From: Octopus sinensis
Lineage: Eukaryota
NCBI RefSeq assembly: GCF_006345805.1
Contig: NC_042999.1
Span: 87,110,001 to 87,174,000, forward strand
Length of the DNA: 64,000 nt
Direction of reading: 5' to 3'
The notes under the pieces: generated by a model
What the model saw: the letters and a program-made list of their open reading frames with translations, nothing else
Database searches by the model: none
Told to the model about the DNA's origin: nothing
Part shown: piece after piece, positions 13,070 through 23,784 of the stretch
Position numbering within the stretch: position 1 is the stretch's first letter
Layout of the letters: every line of letters begins with the position of its first letter
Made by a program: the position numbers and the translations under genes

Positions 13070-13350
13070 ATACCAGTGCTGGTGACAAGTAAGCGAACCA
13101 TCCGATCGTGGCCGGTGCCAGCGCTGCCCCGACTGGCCTCCGTGCCGGCGGCACGTAAAAAGCACCTTCCATTCGTGGCCGTTGCCAGCCTCGCCTGGCC
13201 CCCGTGACGGTGGCACGTAAAAAGCACCATCCGATCGTGGCCGTTGCCAGCCTTGCCTGGCCTCCGTGCCGGTGACATGTAAAAAGCACCATCCGTCCGT
13301 GGCCGTTTGCCAGCCCCTTCTGGCACCTGTGCAGGTGGCACGGAAAAAGC
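13070..13350 (+). repeat. About 62-bp tandem repeat (about 4.5 units) in the RTE 3' UTR
   Basis: Unit approx. GTGCCGGTGGCACGTAAAAAGCACCATCCGATCGTGGCCGTTGCCAGCCTCGCCTGGCCCC. Confidence 0.9.
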
Positions 13351-14297
13351 ACTCACTACACTCACGGAGTGGTTGGTGTTAGGAAGGGCATCCAGCCGTA
13401 GAAACACTGCCAGATCAGACTGGGCCTGATGCAGCCTTCTGGCTTCCCAGACCCCAGTTGAACCGTCCAACCCATGCTAGCATGGAAAGCGGACGCTAAA
13501 TGATGATGATGATGATGATATATATATATATATATTATTATATGTAGAAAAATACAAACTGGGACAAGAACGTAAAACATTTAGAAGACGATACAAAAAA
13601 CACGGATGGGACATTCAAAGCCTTCAATCTTCAGTCAAGAACCGGATCATCCTCGCAATTTCGGCTGATTAATCTTATATATATATATATATACTTGGAT
13701 GTGGGAACATAGTCACAAATGAATATGTAGTATGCAGAAACATATGTTGCAATGCATTAATAAAGTTTAAAAATATCAGTTTTGTTATTACTATATTTAT
13801 TCTAAGCAGAAAGGAGGTCCACATATATAAACATCCCATAAAAGACAGTAGCTAACAACAAGAAGCATAGGATCTTTTACAAGTACATCCAGAGGTATTT
13901 TCCCTAAACTAATGAAAAGGATGCTCCCTAACCCCCTTTATAATTTTAAATATCGTTATATATATTTGATATCTGTACTTCAACACTAACCTTCAACTCA
14001 ATTTAACTCACGCACGGAGCTTAGTTGCTACTATTTCTTTTAAGAAAACTAAATTTATTTGATTTTGCAGATATATACTTTAATATCTTTAATATCCACG
14101 CAACAGGAATATGAACACTGTGGAATCTAATATACATATAACAGGGTTCATATTTTGTGGAATGAACCTTACCCGGATTTGTAATTTGGACTGCATGTTC
14201 TGGATACCTGGATTTAGCCTTTGCGTGTTGGCCGATGCGCTAAATACTATATAGATTTTGTTTGAATTGAATTCATATGCAAATATCTTGTTTGTGC

Positions 14298-14333
<36 letters not shown>

Positions 14334-14335
<2 letters not shown>

Positions 14336-14740
14336 TCTTTTACTCTTTTTCTTGTTTCAGTCATTTGACTGCGGCCATGCTGGAACACCGCCTTTAATCG
14401 AGCAACTCGACCCCGGGAATTATTCTTTGTAAGCCCAGTACTTATTCTATCGGTCTCTTTTGCCGAACCGCTAAGTAACAGGGACATAAACACACCAGCA
14501 TCGGCTGTCAAGCAATGCTAGGGGGACAAACACAGGCACACAAACACATACACACACACACATATACATATATATACATATATACGACAGGCTTCTTTCA
14601 GTTTCCGTCTACCAAATCCACTCACAAGGCTTTGGTCGGCCCGAGGCTATAGTAGAAGACACTTGTCCAAGGTGCCATGCAGTGGGACTGAACCCGGAAC
14701 CATGTGGTTGGTAAACAAGCTACTTACCACACAGCCACTC

Positions 14741-14741
<1 letters not shown>
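14334..14741 (-). mobile_element. tRNA-derived SINE family A (Octopus OK/OR-type), near full length
   Basis: Box A TGGCTGTGTGG and box B GGTTCAGTCCC head, central CA/TA microsatellite, GAGTAAAA tail; (TA)n on both sides. Confidence 0.9.
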
Positions 14742-14781
<40 letters not shown>

Positions 14782-15084
14782 TATATATATGTGCAAGTGT
14801 GAACTTTTATACTTGGTACCTACTACTGTTGGTCTTGTTAAAAATGGTAATATATTACGTTAGAATGCACTTACTGATATATAAGAAGCATGACAATCCA
14901 AAGTAATGTGATATTCTGTTCTATGTTGTTCTTCATGGTTTTTGCACATGTGATTAATATGTACGTTTTGCATGTGTGTGTATATGTATGTATATTTGAA
15001 TATTTTATATGTATATCTGTTTATGTGTATATATATATACATATATATATATATATAATGTGACCTCATGTGTACCATTGGCGA

Positions 15085-15265
15085 TTTTTTTCTTCCGTCT
15101 TCCCTTCTCTGGATCTTTCCTTCTCCTATGTTTCCGACAAAGAGCTCCGCTCGAAACGTTAAACCCTCCTTCTTCCCTTCTTTCTTGAGAGTCCAATAAT
15201 ACTATATTTGTTCCACGTCCTCGCGTTGTTGTGTTTTTTTTGTGTTTTCTTGTTTGGATTAACTA
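15085..15265 (+). mobile_element. Short Penelope-type terminal-repeat-like module with a decayed hammerhead
   Basis: About 180-bp non-coding module between (TA)n tracts containing the motif at 15130-15164. Confidence 0.5.
15130..15164 (+). ncRNA. Minimal type I hammerhead ribozyme motif, core mutated
   Basis: gttt-CCGACAA-a-gagc(tcc)gctc-GAAA-cg-TT-aaac. Stems I and II pair and stem III is palindromic (AACGTT); the core has two changes versus CUGANGA. Confidence 0.6.
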
Positions 15266-15283
15266 TATATATATGTGTGTATA

Positions 15284-15315
<32 letters not shown>

Positions 15316-15875
15316 GGTATTTTGAGTAACCATTTTACAATTTATCTTCTTGTTCATATAGGATAGTATGGGAAGCAGGTTTTTCTTGTATATCAATATT
15401 ATTATTATGTTATTATAACTTTGTAATTATGTATATCCTCTGACGAGGCCTTTGGTTATTTAAACAGATAAATATAATCTTTAATGCCTAAGACTATACT
15501 ATAATGGCATATATGAGCAATTTAAGGTGGATTGCCTCTTAACCATAGGCTGAAACAGCTGTAAGGAGCAGTTTATTTGTATTATTTTTATTGTATTATT
15601 AATTTGCATATTGATGTATATTGTTTTGTTTGATTTTCATGTTCCTATTTAATATCTGTAAGTTGATGATCGAAATGAATTTGTTCCTCCATTTTCTTAT
15701 TTGTATTATGAATTTACGGTAAAATGTTTTACCTTCACTCATCCAATACAATAAATGAATTAATTGCATTGCAATTATAAGCATTTATGTATTTAGTATT
15801 TGGGTGCTTCACCAGCAGTATATTGGATAACTGATATCCCATAGTGGGTTAGCCTCATAACCCCTATCTTACTTT

Positions 15876-15880
<5 letters not shown>
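15316..15880 (+). mobile_element. Penelope-like non-coding remnant bearing a hammerhead
   Basis: AT-rich module between (TA)n tracts. Shares the ribozyme, an atatgagca motif and ctccattttcttattt (15687 vs 60915) with 59925-60935. Confidence 0.55.
15436..15567 (+). ncRNA. Type I hammerhead ribozyme with extended stem II
   Basis: tcct-CTGACGA-ggcctttggtta...taaccataggct-GAAA-cagctg-TA-agga. Intact core, 4-bp stem I, 12-bp stem II (one T-T mismatch, one G-U), palindromic stem III. Confidence 0.8.
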
Positions 15881-15921
<41 letters not shown>

Positions 15922-15970
15922 ATATACATATATGTACAATGATTGATAGATAGATAGATCGATAGATATA

Positions 15971-16112
15971 CAATGAGCTTCTTTCAGTTTCTATCGACCA
16001 AATCTATTCATAAGGCTTTGGTTGGTCTGTGGCTATAGTAGAAAACACTGGTCTAAGGTATCACATGGTGAGACTGAATCTAGAAACATATGGTCGGTAA
16101 GCAAAATTCTTA
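15971..16112 (-). mobile_element. SINE family A head fragment
   Basis: Reverse complement of the family A head, decayed. Confidence 0.75.
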
Positions 16113-16340
16113 TTTCTTTACTGCCCACAAGGGGCTACACACAGAGGGGGCAAACAAGGACAGACAAATAGATTAAGTCAACTGTATCGACCCCAGTGCA
16201 TAACTGGTACTTATTTAATCGACCCCGAAAGGATGAAAGGCAAAGTTGACCTCGGCAGAATTTGAACTCAGAATGTAGCAGCAGATGAAATACCGCTAAG
16301 CATTTCGCCCGGCGTACTAATGTTTCTGCGAGCTTGGCAA
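16111..16340 (-). mobile_element. tRNA-related SINE family B
   Basis: Reverse complement of the 33453-33672 copy (atcgaccccgaaaggatgaaaggcaaagt...gaatttgaactcag). Confidence 0.85.
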
Positions 16341-16644
16341 GCAGACCTCTTGCCATACATTCCCCACCACCACCACACATACATACATACAGAAGCACAC
16401 ACACACATATGATGCACAGTTTCCCTTTAGAAAATTTACGCACAAAGATATTGCTTGGCCCAGGACTAGAGCAGAAGACATTCACCTAAGATACTGCATA
16501 GTTCTAATGCAAACTTCTTAATCTCACAGACATAGGCTGGAACAAAAGTTTGGTGTTTTTTTTACCTGGAGATATTAAACAGAATTAATTAAAGAATTAT
16601 CTGTTTATATTGTTTAGTGATACTTTCATATGTGTATTTCTTTT

Positions 16645-17035
16645 ATTACTTCTACTTGTTTCAGTCATTAGAGGAATTTTAGTCAAACTAAGCAATCACA
16701 GTATTTTTTTTTTTTTCAAGCCTGGTACTTATTCTATTGGTCTCTTTTGCTGATCTGCTAAGTTACATACCAAAACTGGTTGTCAATTGGTGATGGGGAA
16801 ACAAACACAGACACACAGATACATACACACATAGATATACACACACATAGATACACACACACACACACACATATACAACAGGCTTCTTTCAGTTCCCATC
16901 AACCAAATCCACTCACAAGGCTTTGGTTGACTTGAGGCTATAATAGAAGACATTTGCCCAAGGTGCATTGCAGTGGGATTGAACTTGGGACCACGTAGTT
17001 GGGAAGCAAACTTCTTATACAGCCATGTCTGCACC
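16645..17035 (-). mobile_element. SINE family A, decayed near-full copy
   Basis: Tail, CA microsatellite and head are collinear with 14334-14741. Confidence 0.8.
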
Positions 17036-17099
17036 CATAAATATCACATATTTTTCTTTCAGCTTATAGAAAATTTATTGCAACACAAGCCCATGCTGA

Positions 17100-17262
17100 A
17101 GCTAATTAGAGAGCATATCAAATATGTTTTGCTATGAGTTTCATAGAGATGCTGATGGTAGTGTTGCAGCAAAATCCATTCTGAACATTTACAGTCCTAA
17201 TGTTTTTAAGTGAAAAATCATTTAGGAAATGGTTTTCTCACTTCAAATATAGTGATTTTAGC
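17100..17262 (+). mobile_element. Mariner transposase N-terminal HTH remnant
   Basis: With frameshifts: REHIKYVLL/EFHRDADGSVAAKSILNIY.../RKWFSHFKYSDFS, matching mariner R..LLYEF..G..A..A...I..Y...RKWF..FK.GDFS. Confidence 0.7.
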
Positions 17263-17302
17263 TTCTTACATGGTTAATTTATATGTTATATGTTTTAGCT
17301 TA

Positions 17303-17800
17303 TTACATGGTTAATTTATATGTTAAAACCCTAGAAAATTTTAATATTGGTACTTTCCATGACTTTTTGTGGTTCAACTCACAAATAAAACCATTTTTCC
17401 GACATAGTTCTAGATGGATGATCCTGGCCATGTTATCATGTCTGAGCTTATATTCAGTTTGTGCTATTTCATAGACGACTGCCTCATCCATTTCAGTGCA
17501 CAGTCTACACTTTTCTAAAATATCCTGCTTGTCAATTTTTTTCTTTGTCCAATTTATGATAAAGCTTGATCCTGACTATAAATATCATTCCTGTTTCTTT
17601 CTTCAAAAGTACTTTGTAACCACTTTTAAGTCTCAATACTTTCACATCCTTATATCCTTTATTAGTATTGAATTTTTTTATAACCTCTTTAGAGGTCAAC
17701 TCCATTCCACTTCTCGCTCCTACCTACTCTCATTTCAATGTCAGATGACCACACTTCTCCACTATGAATTCCATCATTATATTTGCACTAAAAATTCTTG
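17303..17800 (-). mobile_element. R4/Dong-clade LINE remnant (zinc-knuckle region)
   Basis: DIEM..GMELTSKEVIK, LKKETGMIF..QDQAL, EKCRLCTEMDEAV and EYKLRHDNMARIIHLELCRKNG follow the R4/Dong C-terminal motif order, with deletions. Confidence 0.8.
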
Positions 17801-17924
17801 AATCTGATAATTTATATTGAATTAATAGCTCTTGTTAGTATCAATGTTGTTCCTTTCATATCTTTATCCATTCACCATATTATATAAATACATTTATTTT
17901 CTAACCATTATTAAAAAATACTTA

Positions 17925-18083
17925 GGCATGGGTGTATGGTTCAGAAGCTTGCTTGCCAACCATAAAGTCTTGGGTTCAGTTCAGCTGCGTGGCACTTTGG
18001 ACAAGTGTCTTTCACTATAGCCTCTGATTGACCAAAGCCTTGTGAGTGGATTTGATAGATGGAAACTGAAAGGAGCCCATTGT
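17925..18083 (+). mobile_element. SINE family A head
   Basis: Box A/B head through GAAAGGAGCCCATTGT. Confidence 0.8.
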
Positions 18084-18089
18084 AAATAC

Positions 18090-18156
<67 letters not shown>

Positions 18157-18184
18157 ATATATATATATATATTTCTAACAAAAA

Positions 18185-18222
18185 CTGTCTGATGAACGGC
18201 AACGAGAAACTCAGAGTAACAG
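18185..18222 (+). ncRNA. Minimal type I hammerhead ribozyme, intact core
   Basis: ctgt-CTGATGA-a-cg(gcaa)cg-a-GAAA-ctc(a)gag-TA-acag. 4-bp stem I, GNRA-capped stem II, quasi-palindromic stem III, GUA cleavage triplet; lies in an about 85-nt module between (TA)n tracts. Confidence 0.82.
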
Positions 18223-18254
18223 ATTTTGTTGAATTTTCTGCTGCTTAAAATAAA

Positions 18255-18291
<37 letters not shown>

Positions 18292-18293
<2 letters not shown>

Positions 18294-21200
18294 ATGCTTG
18301 AATGGTGCTTTATATGTGTCAGTCAGGCAGCACTGACATCAGCCATGCTCGAATTGTGCTTTTTATTTGCCACCAGCACAGGAGCCAGACAGGCAGCACT
18401 AGCATCAGCCATGCTCAAATGTTGCTTTTTATGTACCACTGGTACAGTCAGGCAACACTGGCATCGGCCACAAATATGATTTCACTTGGTTCAACAGGTC
18501 TTCACAAGCATGGCATATTGCCTGATAATTGAAGGATACTTTTAAATGGGCCAGTTATGCGACACTGGTACCGGCCACGGTTATGATCTCACTTTTGGCA
18601 GGTCTTCTCAAACACAGCATATCTCTGAAGGTCTCCGTCGCTTGTCATTGCCTCTGTAAGGCCCAGTGTTCAAAGGTCATGCTTCACCACCTCATCCCAT
18701 ATCTTCTTGGGTCTACTTCTTCCACAGGTTTCCCTCACTGTTAGGGTGTAATACTTCTTCACACAGCTGTCCTCACCCATGCGCAGCATATGACCACACC
18801 AGTGCAATCATCTCTCTTGCACACATCAGCTGATGCTTCTTATGTCCAACTTTTCTCTCAGGGCACTTACACTCTAACATGTATGCACACTGACATTACA
18901 CATCCAGCAAAGCATACTAGCTTCATTTCTTTCAAGCCTACACATGTCTTCAGCAGTTACAGCACAAGTTTCACTGCCATATAGCATGACTGTTCACATA
19001 CAGGCCTCATACAGTCTACCTTTCATTCTGAGTGAGAGACCCTTTGTTACCAGCAGAAGTAGGAGCTCTCTGAACTTTGCCCAAGCTATTCTTATTCTAA
19101 CAGCTATGCTCTCAGAGCATCCACCCCTGCTTCTGACTTGGTCACCTAAGTAGTGGAGGCTATCAACTACTTTTAATTTTTCTCCCTGGCATGTGATGGA
19201 ATCTGTTTTCTGTACATCTTCAGTGTTTATTGCACCTCAGCATCTGCCACACACAAAAACTATCTTCCCAGTTAACCTTCCTTTGATATTGCTGCATCTT
19301 TTATGTGTCCATAACTTACATCAGGTACATATTATAGAGTTTCTACCTATGCCTTTTCTATGGATTGAGCAGGGTCATCTACCTGAAAGAATTTGTGATT
19401 TGTCTGCCTGCCTACTTACTAAGACTTTGGTTTTTGCTAGGTTGACTCTAACGCTTTTTGATTCTAGACCTTGTTTCCACACCTGAAACTTCTCTCATTC
19501 TGGTAGTGACTCAGTTATTAGAACAAGGTCATCATCACAGAGAGCTCCCAGGGGCAGCGTATCTTAAACTCTTCTGTTATTGCCTGGAGGACTATGATGA
19601 ACGAGAGGGGGCCGAGGACAGATCCTTGGTAAACCCCTACTTTTACCTGGAATTCTTCACTATACTCATTCCCAAACCTCACCTTGCATGGCTTGTACAG
19701 CTCTCACCAACCACTTATCTATCCCTAGTTACTGCATTGACCACCAATTAAGGGATCAGGGGACCCTGTCAAAGGTTTTCTCCTAGTTAACAAAAGCCAA
19801 GTACAAAGGTTTATCTTTGGCTTGGAATTTCTCCTACAGCTGTCTTACCAGAAATATAGCATCACTGATTCTTCTCCCTGGCACAAAACCAAACTGCATC
19901 TTATCTAAAGTAACTCTCTTCCAAATTAGTAGGGCTATGACCTTCTCCATGACTTTCATCACCTTATCCAACAATTTGATACTGCTGTATTTATTTCTAT
20001 CTAAGGTGTCCCCTTTACCTTTGTAGCAGTTGGCTATGGTGCTGTTACACCAGTCATTGGGTATAACTCCTTTGTGTATTACCTGGTTGACTATATGGGT
20101 GACTAGACTATAGCCTACACTGCCAGATATTTTAAGCATCTCAGCAGTAATTTCTGATGGGCCAAGAGCTTTCCCTGTCTTCAGACCCTTAATTGCTTTA
20201 TCTACCAAGATATTGTCAATTCGAATAGTTGGTTCCTCTGTTGGGTTGATATTTGACAGACTCTCATTCTCCTATTCATTCTCTTCATTTAGCAACCTTT
20301 CATAGTCGCATCTCCAAGCCTCTCTCTTTGCAGCATCATTAAATGCAAGTTAGCCATCATCCATGCGGACACATTTCTCTTCTATGACATCACAATTTTC
20401 TTTCACACACTGTCTTGCAATTCGAAGCACTTCTAGTCTCTAGTCCTTACAATGCAGAAAATTGGCAAATTTTTTTTTACCTGCTTCCCCTCTGGCTAAG
20501 TAAACCTATCTGTTAGCTTCCCTTCAGATGATCTGATATAGTTCCCTGCTACCGCCACACTTCCAGTCCTTCTATGCCTGCTTTTGTTTTTCCATAATGT
20601 CCCTGTCAATTACATTGTTCCACCACCATGTTACCTTAGGTTGAGAGGGGACTTTGCACCAGCCACAGATCTGCTCAGTAGCCCTCAACAGGTAGTCCTG
20701 TAAGAACATCCAGTTGTCCTCTGCATTATGGGATGCTATATCCTCCTCTTTTTCGTCAAAAGCTTCAAGTAATATGTCTCTAAATCTCTGTCCATTCAGA
20801 GGATCCTTAAGCTTCCAGACTCTTCTTCTCCATACCGGTCATCTTCTGGGCAGTTGCTAACAACTAACCTATGTTGTGGAGTGCATTCTTCACCTGGGAA
20901 AGTTTTGGCATTTATAAGTAACCATCTTTCTCGTTTCCTGGTGAGAATGTAGTCAATCTGACTAATGTACTCACCAGACTGGTAGGTGAACAGGTGACTG
21001 GCAGGTTTCCTGAAGTTAGTATTACAGATCATAAGATCATTTGTATGACAGAACTCCAACAGCCTAGTTCCCTCCTCATAGCAAGAACCAAATCCATTGC
21101 CACCATGTACTCCATGAAAGTTCCCTGGATGTTGTACAATATATCCTTTGAAGTTGCCAGCCACAAAGAGAAGGTGCCTGTCATTTGTTGACGAGGTAGT

Positions 21201-21420
21201 CCGCAAGATGGTGTCATAAAATCGGTCTTTCTGTTCATCAGGTAGCACTGGCTGAAGAACATAGGCTGAGATAATGGTTGCTAATCCATATTGCAGCACT
21301 AGTCTAAGCTTAAGTATTCTATCCCAGATTCTGACTACCTCAGTTACCTTATCAGCCCATTTCCCCACAAGGAGTATACCCACGCCCCCAAACCCATCAG
21401 TGTCCCCTATCCAGAAAATC
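18292..21420 (-). mobile_element. RTE-clade LINE, decayed, with APE endonuclease
   Basis: Endonuclease at 20796-21383 (IISAY, QIDYILTRK, QHRLVV), RT fragments at 19834-20208, the C4HC3 finger at about 19230-19390, and the 3' UTR repeat. Same family as the 10900 copy. Confidence 0.95.
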
Positions 21421-21552
21421 TTATACCTATGTTCTTTGCTTTACATATTATAAATATATATATAAATATATCCAGAAAATCTTATACCTATGTTCTTTGC
21501 TTTATATATCATAAATATATACCTATGTTCTTTGCCTTGTATATACATATAT

Positions 21553-21968
21553 ATCTTTTATCTTTTATCATTTACTTGTTTCAGTCATCAGACTGCAGCC
21601 ATGCTGGGGCACTGCCTTGAAGAATTTTTAGTCGAATGAATTGACCCCAGTACATTTTTATTTTTTCTAAGCCTGGTACTTATTCTGTGAATCTTTCTTG
21701 CTGAACCACTAAGTTACAGGGACATAAACACACTAATACCAGTTGTTAAGCAGTGGTGGCAGGACAACACAGACACAAAGACACAAACACATAAATATGT
21801 ATATACATATATACAATGGGCTTCTTTCAGTTTCCATCTACTAAATCCACTCACACGGCTTTGGTTGGCCTGAGATTATAGTTGAAGATACTTGCCCAAA
21901 GTGTCAGTGAAACTGAACCCAAAACCTTATGGTTGGGAAGCAAGCTTCTTACCACACAGCCATGCCTG
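21553..21968 (-). mobile_element. SINE family A, decayed full copy
   Basis: Collinear with 14334-14741. Confidence 0.85.
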
Positions 21969-22719
21969 TGTATGTATATGTATGTGTGCAAGTATGTGTC
22001 ATGCTTGTTTACAAAAATTGTGATCTACAAGCACTTTGTTGTCACTTTTCCAGTCAACAAATTGTTTACTTTGCACTTTTTAACACATGCAAAATATAAG
22101 ATCCAATACTAAAGAAATGGATAAGTTTTAATAACAGTAAGGCATCCAATGCTACCACAGAAAAAAATGGGCATAAAATGAATGAAAATATATATACATT
22201 ATGTATTTAGAATATAATGCAGAAAGCATAAATTTCACACACACACATGTGCAAACACACATGTACATGCATACACACATGCACACACACACACTCTCCC
22301 TCTCTCCCTCCCTCTCTCTCTCTCACACACACATACGCACACACACACACATGTGTGCGCGCACATACACTCAGACACATAACTATGAGGTTAAGAAATT
22401 TGCTTTACTACCCTGTGATTTCAGATTTAATTCTATTGAGCACCAATTGGACAAGTGCCTAGCACCATAGCCTTGAATTGACCAATTCCTTGTGAGTGTT
22501 ATTCAGAGGATGAAAACTGTGTAAAAAAGAACAATATATGTATGTGCATGTGTTTATACACACACAGACACACACACATATATATATATGTGTGTGTGTG
22601 TGTGTGTATACACACACATATATGTGTATGTATATATGTATGCAAGTATATGTGTATATGCATGTATGTATACCATATGTTTCCCCATTTTTAGAATAGA
22701 CACACCTTATCTGTACATG

Positions 22720-22935
22720 TCAGGTGGCTAAAAAGGGTTGACATCAAGAAAGGTATTTGGCAACAAAGCACTGTCTTAAAATGTCCCATCCAACCCATGA
22801 AAGCACGGAAAATCAGATAGAAGAACAACAATGATGATGATGATAATGACAATGACAATGATTATGACGACAATGGCAATGATGATGATGATGATGGTGG
22901 TGGTGGTAGTGGTGATGATGATGATGATAATGATG
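22720..22935 (+). mobile_element. Solo RTE-tail fragment with expanded (GAT)n tail
   Basis: ccatccaacccatgaaagcacggaaa followed by about 100 bp of GAT/GGT triplets. Confidence 0.6.
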
Positions 22936-23319
22936 AATTGTGTATGTGGCATATCTATGACTATTATGTTGCATCACTTTACTTCCAATAGTAGTTAAAA
23001 AAAAATAGAGATCAATAAATTAAACATTGGGGTCATTATATATAAAAGTTATAGTTTTCTATGACTGCCAAATATTTTATATCTTTTTCTCTATTTGTGC
23101 AGAGAGCATGTACTCTGATATAATTTTACTAAGCTTTAACATTTTCATCTATTTACTTATACTTGAAGCTTATTCTTCATTTTGCTTACTCATTTTGAGC
23201 TTTGTCTATACTTCTGATAAAAATATATAAAAAAAAATATAAAAATTTTCTTGTACTGTCAAGAGCTGAGGTTCCAAGAACTGAGATCAAGATTGGTGCT
23301 AGAATATCCACTATCATAG

Positions 23320-23505
23320 GTTAGTTCAACAATGCACACCTGTTCCTCCCAGGCCTACAATGTATACATCTTGCTCCAAGTCCTACAATATGCACCTCTT
23401 TTTCCCAGCCTATAATGTGTTCCCCCTTTCTCCCAGCCCTACAACATGTATCTTCCTCTCCCAGCTCAATAATATGCACCCCCTTATCCAAGCCTTACAC
23501 ACACC
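23320..23505 (+). repeat. Degenerate 27-28-bp minisatellite, 6-7 units
   Basis: Units begin cccagg/ccaagt/cccagc-cctacaat at 23348, 23376, 23404, 23432, 23460 and 23488. Confidence 0.75.
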
Positions 23506-23784
23506 TTTTTAATAGTTTATTTCTCCAATTTCTTCTAACATCCTTTTTACAGAAACTGAAAAACACTGTTGAATATTTATAATTAACTTGAGTATAAGAA
23601 GTCTATAGTATTATTATCATACACTGAATTAATCTATTATTTGTCAAAAATTTTAAATATTTCACATCAAATCCTGTATTATGATCTCATAATACCACAT
23701 GGCCCTTTCATCTTCCCCAACCCATCCTATTCAGAAAGTGACCTTCCCTGCTTTCTTTGTTTCTGAGATTCCATGCTTTAGGGG

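Larger units (their letters stand above)
10900..13518 (+). mobile_element. RTE-clade LINE, 5'-truncated, relatively young copy
   Basis: RT with KAPGPSG, NYRGIKLL, QFGF, FVDMEKAF, GVHQGSVLSPLLF and YADD (11921-11932). 3' UTR with tandem repeats, (TGA)n tail at 13501-13518, (TA)n on both flanks. Confidence 0.97.

Noticed and set aside
13070-13350. CRISPR-like arrays (also 23320-23505 and 29470-29790)
   Set aside because: The units are tandem with no unique spacers, the context is eukaryotic, and no cas genes are present.
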